Shown here: positions 49,528-58,186 of the stretch, one piece after another
How positions within the stretch are numbered: the stretch's first letter is position 1
How the letters are laid out: every line of letters starts with the position of its first letter
Assembly (NCBI GenBank): GCA_016792845.1
Contig: JAEUKH010000006.1
Span: forward strand, 62,899 to 126,898
DNA: 64,000 nt
Direction: 5' to 3'
From: Myxococcales bacterium
GTDB lineage: Bacteria > Myxococcota_A > Polyangia > Polyangiales > Ga0077539
The notes under the pieces: model-generated
Told to the model about the DNA's origin: nothing
Database searches by the model: none
What the model saw: only the letters and a program-made list of their open reading frames with translations
Position numbers and translations under genes: made by a program

Positions 49528-49935
49528 ATGAAGCACAAGCTCTTTCACACTCTGGTCTTGTCGGGCGCGGCGCTGGTCGAAGGCTGCGCCTCGACGCCGC
49601 ACCAGACGGCGGTGGCCTCGTCGGCGCCTGGCAGCCGCGAGACCCACGACCACGCCCAGCGCCCCGCGGGGACGCCCGCGGCCGAGGCGCCTGCGGGCAC
49701 GGCGACGCCGACGGCCGCCACGGCGCCTCCGGTCGAGAGCCCCGAGGCGGTGCGCGCGATGGTGGCCGACGCCCGCTCGTGCAATGAGGTCGGTTGGGCC
49801 ACCACCAAGAGCGCGGGGCTCTTGCCCAAGACCCGGGTCGTCCACGAGGGGCAGGCGTACTGGTGCCTCGCGGCCTCCCTCCAGCGGACGCCGCGGTGCT
49901 GCGCCGAGGTCCCGGGGCAGCAGGGTTCTCCGTGA
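49528..49935 (+). CDS. small Cys-containing lipoprotein (function unknown)
   Basis: Lipoprotein signal MKHKLFHTLVLSGAALVEGC. The mature part contains SCNEVGW...YWCLAAS...PRCCAE. Confidence 0.6.
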   Translation: MKHKLFHTLVLSGAALVEGCASTPHQTAVASSAPGSRETHDHAQRPAGTPAAEAPAGTATPTAATAPPVESPEAVRAMVADARSCNEVGWATTKSAGLLPKTRVVHEGQAYWCLAASLQRTPRCCAEVPGQQGSP

Positions 49936-50720
49936 GCGCGCTCTCGCCCGACGGGCGCTGGGGCGGCAAGGTGACCTCGCGGCCGCTCCCAGACGCCCGC
50001 GACGAGCTCGCCGCCCTCGACCCCTCGTTGCGCGAGACGTTGGCCGAAATCTGGTGGGCCCAGTCGGCCACCGAGCTGCGCGTGGCGGGGTCCTTCGGCA
50101 TCGTCCACGAGGCCCTCGCGGCCCTCGACGCCGACGCGCCGCTCGTGACCCTGTCGGCCCGCGCCGTCGATGATGAGCACCGTCACGCCGCGCTCTGTCT
50201 CGACATGGCCTCGCGCCTCGCGGGCCGCGCGCTCGCGCCTCCGCCGCCGCTGCCGCCGCACCACCCGCACCACCGCGCCGCCCTCGACGAAGCCGAGCGA
50301 CGGAGCCTCTACGTGATCGGCCAGTGCGCGCTCAACGAGACCTTCGCCAACGCGTACCTCACCACGGCGTTTCGCGACACCACGAGCCCCTTGGCGCGGG
50401 CTGCGATTCAAGAGCTCTTGCGCGACGAGATCGACCACAGCCGCCTCGGTTGGGCCTACCTCTCGCGCCTGCCCGAGGCGCGTCGGGCGCGCATCTCAGA
50501 CTGGCTCGTGCCCTTGACGCTCACCAATTTGCGCGAGTGGCACGAGAGCGCCACGACCCACAGCCACGCGTACGCGGCCCACGGGGTGCCCGCGGCTGAC
50601 GACGTCCGCGAGGCGCTGGCAGAGACGGTGCGCGAGGTGCTCGTCCCGGGGTTTGAGCATGTGGGGCTCGATGTGCGGGCGCTCTCGCAGTGGGTCCGCG
50701 CGGGCATGCCGACCCGCTGA
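49932..50720 (+). CDS. ferritin-like di-iron-carboxylate superfamily protein (putative)
   Basis: The GTG start overlaps the preceding stop (GTGA at 49932-49935). Two E...ExxH-like pairs are present: TELRVAGSF...DDEHRHA and LNETF...RDEIDHSRLGW. Confidence 0.6.
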   Translation: MSALSPDGRWGGKVTSRPLPDARDELAALDPSLRETLAEIWWAQSATELRVAGSFGIVHEALAALDADAPLVTLSARAVDDEHRHAALCLDMASRLAGRALAPPPPLPPHHPHHRAALDEAERRSLYVIGQCALNETFANAYLTTAFRDTTSPLARAAIQELLRDEIDHSRLGWAYLSRLPEARRARISDWLVPLTLTNLREWHESATTHSHAYAAHGVPAADDVREALAETVREVLVPGFEHVGLDVRALSQWVRAGMPTR

Positions 50721-50725
50721 GGGTC

Positions 50726-51250
50726 TCAGGGTCGCGGGGTCATCACCGCGCGGGCGGCCCGCCAGGCGCGCAACCGTCGCACCAGCGCCAGGAGGCTCAC
50801 CGCGAGGCCCGCTCGCTCGATCCGCCGGAGCACGCGGTCGAAGGCCATGTTGCCGTCGTCGACGTAGATCGAGTCTCGGCGGTAGCACGCGCCCTCGTCG
50901 TCGAGGCAGCGCACCACCAGCGTGTCGCCCTCGCGGAGCGACGACGCCTGAGAGGCCGTCAGCTGGATCACCCACTGACGTCGCGGGGGCCCCGCCTCGT
51001 CGAGCCTGTACTCGGCCTGATGCGACGAGAAGCGATGCCGTACGGCGCCCAAGACCATCGCGCGCGGGGCGATGCCGGGGGCGTCTCCGCGGAGCCGCGC
51101 CATGGTGCCGAGCTTCGCCTCGGTGAAGGCCCAAAGCGCCCCGCACCCCAGCGCCGCGAGCCCTAGCACCGCCACCGCCCCGCGCGGAAACGGCGGCCTC
51201 GGCAGCGCCTGCGGCGCGCGGTAGGGGCGAGACAGATCGCGTGGCGCCAT
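50726..51250 (-). CDS. hypothetical membrane protein (TM - soluble beta-rich core - TM)
   Basis: ATG at 51250 (MAPRDLSRPYRAP...). The hydrophobic helices are AVAVLGLAALGCGALWAF and AGLAVSLLALV. The longer track ORF was discarded. Confidence 0.55.
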   Translation of the reverse strand: MAPRDLSRPYRAPQALPRPPFPRGAVAVLGLAALGCGALWAFTEAKLGTMARLRGDAPGIAPRAMVLGAVRHRFSSHQAEYRLDEAGPPRRQWVIQLTASQASSLREGDTLVVRCLDDEGACYRRDSIYVDDGNMAFDRVLRRIERAGLAVSLLALVRRLRAWRAARAVMTPRP

Positions 51251-51410
51251 CGTGCCGACGATCACAGCACGGGCGACCTCAGGGTGTCGACCCCCCAGCA
51301 CCCGCCGTGGGCCGCGCGGGGTGACGTGGGGCGCGACAGACGTATCGCGCGACGTACGTCGATCGACGCACGTAGTCAGACGCCGCGCGACGGTGTTAGG
51401 CTCTCGCGCC

Positions 51411-52049
51411 ATGAAGACCCTCGCCGAGCGGGTAAAATGGCTGATCGAAGACCGGGGCGTCGACCAGCGCTCCTTCGGGGCCGAGGCGGGCCTCGCAGAC
51501 TCGTTCGTGAGCGCGCTCTTCCGTCGCGCACGGCGCGACCCGAAGGCGTCGGTGGGGGCCGAGGCCCTCGCGGCCATCGCCAACACCTGGGAGGTCGCGC
51601 CGGAGTGGCTTCTCTCGGGCGAGGGCGAGGCGCCGGTCGCGCGACGCGGCGAGCGCGGGGCGCGCCCTGAGGGCGGGGGCGAGGGGGCCGACGGCGTGAC
51701 CGCGCGGTGGGTCGCGACCCTGTGGGAGGTGGGGCGGGGGCTGCCCGACGTGAGCGGCGCCGACTACGACCTCGCGCGGCGGGTGGGACTCGACGCGGTG
51801 CGCGCCCTCGGCGCCGACGACGAGGGGGTGCTCAGGGCCTTCGCGGCGGGGCTCCTCAAGGCCGCGACGGCGGTGCGCCGCGAGGGCGCGGTCGGCGGCT
51901 CGGTGGCGGTGCTCACCCGGGCCTGGCGGGCGGCCTTCGAGGCAGGCGCGGCGACCCCGACGGCGAAGGGCGTCGCGCGCGGGCAGGGCGGCTCCGAGCG
52001 GTCGAAGAAGGCGCGCGGGCGGGCGCGATCTCACGGCCGCGGGGTGTGA
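51411..52049 (+). CDS. XRE-family helix-turn-helix protein with a C-terminal unknown domain
   Basis: ATG at 51411. MKTLAERVKWLIEDRGVDQRSFGAEAGLADSFVSALFRR...LAAIANTWEVAPEWLLSGEG is the Cro/C1-type HTH pattern. Confidence 0.65.
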   Translation: MKTLAERVKWLIEDRGVDQRSFGAEAGLADSFVSALFRRARRDPKASVGAEALAAIANTWEVAPEWLLSGEGEAPVARRGERGARPEGGGEGADGVTARWVATLWEVGRGLPDVSGADYDLARRVGLDAVRALGADDEGVLRAFAAGLLKAATAVRREGAVGGSVAVLTRAWRAAFEAGAATPTAKGVARGQGGSERSKKARGRARSHGRGV

Positions 52050-52093
52050 ATTTGTCGCGCTCTGCGCCGCGGCCGGGCGCTAGAGTGCGGGCG

Positions 52094-52996
52094 ATGCTTC
52101 GACCGGCGACACACGCGGTGCTCGGCCTCGCCATGGTGTTGGCCTTCGGGGCCGCGGCGGTGGCGCAGCCGCGGGGGCCGAGCGCCGAGCAAGGGCGGCT
52201 CCTCGGGCGGGCGCGGGCCGCCCAAGACGTGGGGCGCTTCGACGAGGCGGCGCGTCTCTTGCGTGAGGCGCGCGCCCTCGCGCCCTCGCTCAGGCTTAGT
52301 TCGGCCCTGGCCTTTGCGTTGTTTCGTGCGGGCGAGCTCAGGGCCGCGCGGCAAGAGGCGAGCGCGTGCCTCGACGACGCCGCCGACGCGACCACGCCCG
52401 AGGCCGCCGACCTGCGGAGGGTCTGCGCCGACATCATCGTCCGCATCGCCCAAGCGAGCGCCGACGACCCGCCCGCGGCCGCCCCGCACACGCCCGACCC
52501 AGGGGCGACGGCGACGGCCGAGCCTCGGCCCGTGGCACCGCCCCAAGCGCCCCAAGCGATCGAAGCGCCCGAGGCGCCTGGGGGCGGGGCCGAACGCGCG
52601 CCGCCGCGCTCGCTTGAGGGCGTCGACGCGGCGGTGCGTTCGCCCGCCCGCGAGGGGCCAGAAGCGGTGCCGCCCTCGGCGGGGGTGCCCGTGGGGGCCG
52701 TGACGACCCTCGGCGTGGGGGTCTTGAGCCTCGGCCTCGGCGGTCTCATGGTGGGATTGCGTGCCTCGGTGTTGGCGCCCTGCGCGCTCTCGGGCGAGGT
52801 CGCAGTGTGCCCCGACGAGGCGACCCGCGAAGCGGCCGCGCGGGCGCCCGACTACGCCATGGCGGCCAACGTGTCGCTCGTCGCGGGCGCGGCCCTGAGC
52901 CTCGGGGGAGCCCTCTGGTGGGCCCTCGCGTCGCGGTCTTCGGGGTCGGCGAGGCGGGTCGCGGTGACGCCCGGCGGGTTCGCCCTGCGCTTCTGA
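52094..52996 (+). CDS. exported TPR-like protein with C-terminal membrane helices
   Basis: ATG at 52094 and signal MLRPATHAVLGLAMVLAFGAAAVAQP. TPR-like helices and a Pro/Ala linker follow, then two C-terminal hydrophobic segments. Confidence 0.55.
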   Translation: MLRPATHAVLGLAMVLAFGAAAVAQPRGPSAEQGRLLGRARAAQDVGRFDEAARLLREARALAPSLRLSSALAFALFRAGELRAARQEASACLDDAADATTPEAADLRRVCADIIVRIAQASADDPPAAAPHTPDPGATATAEPRPVAPPQAPQAIEAPEAPGGGAERAPPRSLEGVDAAVRSPAREGPEAVPPSAGVPVGAVTTLGVGVLSLGLGGLMVGLRASVLAPCALSGEVAVCPDEATREAAARAPDYAMAANVSLVAGAALSLGGALWWALASRSSGSARRVAVTPGGFALRF

Positions 52997-53134
52997 GCCG
53001 CCCCGTATGGGGGGCATGATGTGCCATCTTGCGCAATGATGAGACGCTGACGGCGGGGTCGAGGCATTGAAAACGCGCGGGGTGCGACGCGCGGGGTGGT
53101 CGGGGGTGGCGGGCGGGTGCACACTCGCGCGGCG

Positions 53135-53872
53135 ATGGCCGTGTTGCTGCTGTTTGTGCTTCTCTTGCCGCTGGTGGTGCCGACGGCGATGTGGTTCTCG
53201 CACGCGCGGCGGGCGGCGCCGTTGTGGCCGCGGGTTCAGGTCGGCACCCAGCGGATCGACGAGGGGTCGTACCGCGCGGCCGAGGTGCCGGTGTACGGGC
53301 ACGAGGGCATCCCGCTCGACGTTCGTGCGGCGGCGGTGGGCTCCTGGGTGTTGGGGACGATGTTCGTACCGGGGCTCCTGGCGGGCCTCGTGGGGCTCTT
53401 CATGGCGGGGCTCGGGCTGGTGTCGATCCCGGGGCTCATCCTCGCGTGGCGGCTCTTCTTCTTGGGGCGCGAGCTCCTCGAAGGCGCGCCCGGGTCGAGC
53501 GAGAAGGCTCGCAACGCGGCGCGCTTCGCGCAGGTGTTGAACGCCATCGTGCTCGGACTCTGCGCCATCGGCGTCGCGGTCGAGCTCGCCCAATCGGGGA
53601 TGCAAGGCCTCAACGCCCTGAACGTGGCCATCCCGGTGAGCGCGTACGCGCTGCTCTCGCTCGGCCACGCGCGGCTCCTTCAGCTCGCCGCCAAGCACAT
53701 CGACGCCCGCGATCAGGGCCTCGCGATGGAGGGCATGGCGGCCCCGAGCGCGCAGGTTCGCATCGACGCCGCGGCGGCGCCCGACGAGGTGTCATCGCTC
53801 TCGGCGGTCGAAGAGGCCGAGCGCATGGCCGAGCGGGCCCTCGCCGACGAGCGCGCGCGCGGCGAAGGCTGA
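53135..53872 (+). CDS. hypothetical polytopic membrane protein
   Basis: ATG at 53135 (MAVLLLFVLLLPLVVPTAMW). There are four or more hydrophobic helices and an acidic C-terminal tail. Confidence 0.55.
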   Translation: MAVLLLFVLLLPLVVPTAMWFSHARRAAPLWPRVQVGTQRIDEGSYRAAEVPVYGHEGIPLDVRAAAVGSWVLGTMFVPGLLAGLVGLFMAGLGLVSIPGLILAWRLFFLGRELLEGAPGSSEKARNAARFAQVLNAIVLGLCAIGVAVELAQSGMQGLNALNVAIPVSAYALLSLGHARLLQLAAKHIDARDQGLAMEGMAAPSAQVRIDAAAAPDEVSSLSAVEEAERMAERALADERARGEG

Positions 53873-53879
53873 GCGCTGC

Positions 53880-54377
53880 TCAGCGGCCTTCGAGGTGCAG
53901 CGCGAGCTCTTGCATGAGGTAGCGCCCCGGGCCCGCCGAGCCGCAGGCGCCGCAGCCCGCGATCGACGATTGCGTTTCGAGGTACATCGCCCGCGCGCGC
54001 TCGGGGTCGCCCGCGCAGGCCTCGGCGAGCACCGAGAGGGCCGCGGTCTCGCCGCACCCCCCGTCAAGCCCCGCGGCGCGGTCGGCGAGGGCCGGGAGGA
54101 GGGCGAAGCGCTCGGCCCGCGCGGCCATGATGGCCAGGGCGATCACCGACGATTTCTGCGCGAGGGTCGCCGGGTCGAGGCCGTCGAGGAGGGTGTCGAG
54201 GCGGGCCCCGAGCTCGGCCGGGTCGTCGTCGGCGCCGTGCTCGGCCCAGACGGTCTCGACGCGCTCGTCGGGGCTGAGGCCCTCGGCGGCCTTCTTGGCG
54301 TCGTGGCGTCGATTGACAAAGGTAATCAGGCCCGCGGCGAGGGCCAGCGCACCGAGGAGGGCGGCGGTAGGGTCCAT
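53880..54377 (-). CDS. hypothetical membrane-anchored protein with a C-terminal Cys cluster
   Basis: ATG at 54377 (MDPTAALLGALALAAGLITFV). The C-terminal part contains GGCGETA...CAGD...AGCGACGSAG. Confidence 0.5.
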   Translation of the reverse strand: MDPTAALLGALALAAGLITFVNRRHDAKKAAEGLSPDERVETVWAEHGADDDPAELGARLDTLLDGLDPATLAQKSSVIALAIMAARAERFALLPALADRAAGLDGGCGETAALSVLAEACAGDPERARAMYLETQSSIAGCGACGSAGPGRYLMQELALHLEGR

Positions 54378-54482
54378 AGGTCGGCGCTGCGAGTGTGCGG
54401 GGCCTGAGACGATGGGTGCAAGGGGCTGTTGTTTCGAGGCCCCGATGGGTGTTAGTGCCCGTCGCCTCGAAGGAGTCTCACG

Positions 54483-55181
54483 ATGGGCGCTCAGTGGAAG
54501 CAAAAGGGACGTGAAGCGGCGGCCAACGCCAAAGGCCGTGTGATGACGAAGCTCTCGAAAGAGCTGATGATCGCCGCACGAAACGGGGCCGACCCGGTGC
54601 TCAACCCGCGGCTGCGGATGGCCGTCGAGGCGGCCCGCAAGGCGTCGATGACCCGCGACACGATGGAGCGCGCGATCAAGAAGGGCGCGGGGCTTCTCAG
54701 CGAGGGCATCGTCTACGAGACGGTGACCTACGAGGGCTTCGCGCCGCACCAGGTGCCGGTGATTGTTGAGTGTTTGACCGAGAACAGAAACCGCACCGCG
54801 GCGAACATCAAGGTGCTCTTTCGCAAGGGGCAGATGGGCAACTCGGGCTCAGTCTCGTGGGATTTTGCGCGGCTCGGGGCCATCGAGGCGACGCCGCCTC
54901 CGGGGGGCGCTGACGCAGACGAGGCCGCGATCGAGAGCGGCGCCCAAGACCTCGCGCCGGGCGACGACGGTGTGACCGAGTTCTACACCGAGCCGACCGA
55001 ACTCGACACCGTGGCCAAGGCCTTGGCCGAGCGCAAATGGACGGTCATCTCGGCGAAGCTGATTTGGAAGGCGAAGAACCCCGTCACCGTCGACGACGCG
55101 GCGCGCGCCGAGGTCGAAGCGTTTCTCGAAGCGATCGATGGCGACGACGACGTCCAGACGCTGTTCGTGGGCCTCGCCTGA
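54483..55181 (+). CDS. yebC: YebC/PmpR-family transcriptional regulator
   Basis: [65 protein letters not shown] is the typical YebC/TACO1 N-terminus. Confidence 0.92.
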   Translation: MGAQWKQKGREAAANAKGRVMTKLSKELMIAARNGADPVLNPRLRMAVEAARKASMTRDTMERAIKKGAGLLSEGIVYETVTYEGFAPHQVPVIVECLTENRNRTAANIKVLFRKGQMGNSGSVSWDFARLGAIEATPPPGGADADEAAIESGAQDLAPGDDGVTEFYTEPTELDTVAKALAERKWTVISAKLIWKAKNPVTVDDAARAEVEAFLEAIDGDDDVQTLFVGLA

Positions 55182-55214
55182 TTGCGGTGGGTGTGATCCT
55201 GGCGCGGTCGGGCG

Positions 55215-55730
55215 GGTGTGCCGCGTTGCCGTTCCGTCGCTGTGGGTTGCGTGTTAGGGCAGGCACAAGGCCTGCCCTACGTGCGGTCGCCCGTCGTCGG
55301 CCGTCGGTCGCGTGTTCGGGCAGGCACAAGGCCTGCCCCTACGCGTGGTCGTCCGTCGTCGGCCGTCGGTCGCGGATTGGTCGCGTGATGGGGCAGGCAC
55401 GGGGGGCCGCGGCGCCGTGGGGGCGACCCTTGTGGTCGCCCGTCGCCGCCCGTCGTCGCCCGTTGGTCGCGTGTTCGGGCAGGCACAAGGCCTGCCCCTA
55501 CGCGTGGTCGCCCGTCGTCGGCCATTGGTCGCGTGTTGGGGCAGGCACGGGCCGCATTGCCGTTCCGGCGCCGTAGGGGCGACCCTTGTGGTCGCCCGTG
55601 GTCGCCCGTGGTCGCCCGTCGTCGGCCATTGGTCGCGTGTTAGGGCAGGCACAAGGCCTGCCCGTACGTGTGGTCGCCCGTTGTCGCCCGTCGTCGCCCA
55701 TCGCTGCGCCGTCATCGCCCGACGGTCGCG
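55215..55730. repeat. cluster of nested hairpin (REP/BIME-like) intergenic repeats
   Basis: Hairpin GGGCAGGC-ACAAG-GCCTGCCC occurs at 55257, 55318, 55477 and 55643. Hairpin GGGCGACC-CTTGT-GGTCGCCC occurs at 55421 and 55577. The shared flanks are GGTCGCCCGTCGTCGGCC..GGTCGCGTGTT, and GGTCGCCCGT is triplicated at ~55590-55620. Confidence 0.85.
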
Positions 55731-55733
55731 CGT

Positions 55734-56546
55734 TCAACCCCCGGTGTCGCGCGGGCGGTGCGCGAGGGTGAGGCTCGGCAGCGACGCAAGCGGACGGCCT
55801 TCGATCACCTCGATGTGAAGGCTCGGCCACTCGGCCCACTCGGTGCCGAGCGCGCGGTCGAGCACCGTCGTGCCGAGGCCGTAGTGGCCCTTCGAGCGGG
55901 CGTGGTGAAGCGTGTGAAAGAGGTAGGGGTGCACAAACCACGACTTCGCGCGAAGTCCCGCGTCGCGCGGCATCGCCTCGGCGTTGCTGTGGCCCACAAT
56001 GTTGGCCCACGCGTTGAATGTGAAATACGTCAGAAAGCCCGCGGCGCTCAGCGCGCCGACGCGGCTCAGCGCCATCGGCACGAGCAGCGAGCCGACCAGC
56101 CAGCCGAGCGCCTCGACGGTGCTCAATGACTGGCCGCTGAGCGGAGAGGTCACCACCGAGTGATGATGCCAGCGGTGAAAGCGCCAGAGCGCCCGCGTGT
56201 GCAGCGCCCGGTGGAAGCCATAGAAATACAGCTCGAAGCCCACAAAACACAGCAGAAAGGTCACCACCCCGGGCCACAGACCCGCGCGCGTCGGGTGCAC
56301 CCAGCCGCGGGCCACCGCGAGGCTAAAGACCCCCGCGCCGAGCGCGATGAAGCGGGCGTTGCCGAGGGCCTCGTGCCCGAGCTGGCCGGCCTTGCGAGGC
56401 AGTGCGAAAATCTGCCGCGCGCGGCCGAAGGGGCTCCGCTCGAAGGCGAAGCCGAAGGCCACGAAGAGCGCCGTGGTGACGAGAAAATAGAGCGCCCAGG
56501 AGAGCGCGAGGGTGGCCGCCGACCCTGAGAAGAGCCCCAACATCAC
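55734..56546 (-). CDS. fatty acid hydroxylase / sterol desaturase-family membrane protein
   Basis: His boxes are HRALHTRALWRFHRWHHHS, GHSNAE and HTLHHARSKGHYG, with several TM helices. Confidence 0.85.
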   Translation of the reverse strand: MMLGLFSGSAATLALSWALYFLVTTALFVAFGFAFERSPFGRARQIFALPRKAGQLGHEALGNARFIALGAGVFSLAVARGWVHPTRAGLWPGVVTFLLCFVGFELYFYGFHRALHTRALWRFHRWHHHSVVTSPLSGQSLSTVEALGWLVGSLLVPMALSRVGALSAAGFLTYFTFNAWANIVGHSNAEAMPRDAGLRAKSWFVHPYLFHTLHHARSKGHYGLGTTVLDRALGTEWAEWPSLHIEVIEGRPLASLPSLTLAHRPRDTGG

Positions 56547-56587
56547 AGGGTGAATCGTAGGGGCCCTCGGAGGGGCGGGGCAATGGG

Positions 56588-58117
56588 TCAGCGGGCGACG
56601 TTCATGAGCATGAGGGCGCAGTCGTCCTGGCCCATCCCGGCGACGACGGCGCGCACGCCGACGACGGCGACGGTGCGGGCGTCGGGCGAGGTGGCGGCGC
56701 CCCAGAAGAAGTCGTTGGCGCCGCCGAGGTCGAAGAGCTGCGTTCCGTTGGTGCCGAAGGTGGCGTCGCGCGCGCCCGAGGGGGTGAGCACCGCCACCAT
56801 GGCGTCAGAGTTGGTCTCGGTGGGGCGGCCGCCGCCCACCATGATGATGCGGTTGTCGGGCAGCGCGACGAGGGTGCGCGCGTTGTCGTTGAAGTTGTTG
56901 TGGTCGATGCGCACGATGCCCGCGGTGCCGTAGGTGGTGTCGAGGGCGCCCGCGCCGGTCACGCGGAGCGAGAGCCAGTCGATGCTCTCGGTGTTCATGT
57001 TGCGGCCGTAGCCCGCGGTGACGAAGTTCGAGCCCTGCTGCACGGCCGCGTAGGCCTCGGCGACGACGCCCCAGATCGTCTGGGTCCACACGCCGTTGGT
57101 GCCGAAGGTGGCGTCGCGCTGGCCCGCGGGGGTGAGCTTGAAGAGCATGGGCTTCACCACGCCGCCGTCGTTGTAGTAGCCCGCCATGACGATGCTGCCG
57201 TCGGCGAGCACGAGGGCGTTGCGCGGGCTCGCGTCGCGGTTGGCGATGTCGACGGTGACCACGCCGTTGGTGCCGAAGGCCGTGTCGCGGGCGCCATCGA
57301 CCGAGAGCCGCACGACGGCGTAGTCGGTGTCTTGGGCGCCCATGCGCTTGGCCGCGCCGGTGACCACGAGGCGCCCGTCGGAGTACTGCGAGAGGCCCCA
57401 GTTCGAGTCGGCCACGTAGGCCGAGCCGTTGACCTCACCGTCGCTGAGGTCGAGCACCGTGACGCCGTTGGTGCCGAAGGTCGTGTCGAGGGTGCCGTTG
57501 GCGTTGAAGCGAACCACCGCGAGGTCGCGGTCGCGCGCGTCGGCCGCGCCCGCGTGCTCGATGGTGGCCGACACCACGATCTTTCCGCTCGGCTGCACCA
57601 CGATGCCGCGGGCGACCTCGCCGCTCGTGCCCACCACGATGTTGTGGCTCGCGATGCCATTGGTGCCGAAGGTCATGTCGCGGGTGCCGTCGGCGCGGAA
57701 GCGCAGCACGATGGTGCGCGCGTCAGCCGTGGTCTCGGCCGTGTCGGTCATCACGCCGGTCGCGTAGATGTTGCCGTCGGCGCCCCAGGTGACGCCGAAG
57801 AGACGATCATGGCCCGTGCTCGAGAGCGAAATCGCGATCGGCGCGTTGGCCGTGATGCGCCCCATGGCCACGCCGCCGTCAGCGCCGCCCGCGTCGGCGG
57901 TGCCGCCCGCGTCGGTGGTGCCGCCCGCGTCAGCGGTGCCGCCCGCGTCAGCGGTGCCGCCCGCGTCTGTCGATTGACCCGCGTCTGTCGATTGACCCGC
58001 GTCGGTGGTGCCGCCCGCGTCGGCGGCGGGAGTCGGGTCGTCGCTGCAACCGGCCACGAGGGCCAGGGTCGCGAGGGTGCCGAGGAAGGTGCGAAAGATT
58101 GTGCGATTCATTCTCAA
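56588..58117 (-). CDS. delta-60-repeat lipoprotein
   Basis: Lipobox LALVAGCSDD. A tandem TDAG(Q/G)(S/T) low-complexity run follows. D(T/A)(T/A)FGTNG then recurs about six times at ~55-60-aa spacing, which is the delta-60 repeat pattern. Confidence 0.8.
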   Translation of the reverse strand: MRMNRTIFRTFLGTLATLALVAGCSDDPTPAADAGGTTDAGQSTDAGQSTDAGGTADAGGTADAGGTTDAGGTADAGGADGGVAMGRITANAPIAISLSSTGHDRLFGVTWGADGNIYATGVMTDTAETTADARTIVLRFRADGTRDMTFGTNGIASHNIVVGTSGEVARGIVVQPSGKIVVSATIEHAGAADARDRDLAVVRFNANGTLDTTFGTNGVTVLDLSDGEVNGSAYVADSNWGLSQYSDGRLVVTGAAKRMGAQDTDYAVVRLSVDGARDTAFGTNGVVTVDIANRDASPRNALVLADGSIVMAGYYNDGGVVKPMLFKLTPAGQRDATFGTNGVWTQTIWGVVAEAYAAVQQGSNFVTAGYGRNMNTESIDWLSLRVTGAGALDTTYGTAGIVRIDHNNFNDNARTLVALPDNRIIMVGGGRPTETNSDAMVAVLTPSGARDATFGTNGTQLFDLGGANDFFWGAATSPDARTVAVVGVRAVVAGMGQDDCALMLMNVAR

Positions 58118-58186
58118 ATTACCTGTGTCTGCGGTTGATTTTGCGGCTGAAGGGTCGCTCCGCCGCGGGGTGTGACGGGGTTCAGG

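Noticed and set aside
52031-53698. 555-aa minus-strand ORF
   Set aside because: Arg/Pro/His-rich shadow ORF lying antisense to two plus-strand genes that have signal and TM features.
55190-55730. Possible CRISPR array
   Set aside because: The repeat units abut or are irregularly spaced. The would-be spacers are themselves repeated sequence. The repeats are strong perfect hairpins of two types, and there are no cas genes in the window. A REP/BIME-like cluster fits better.
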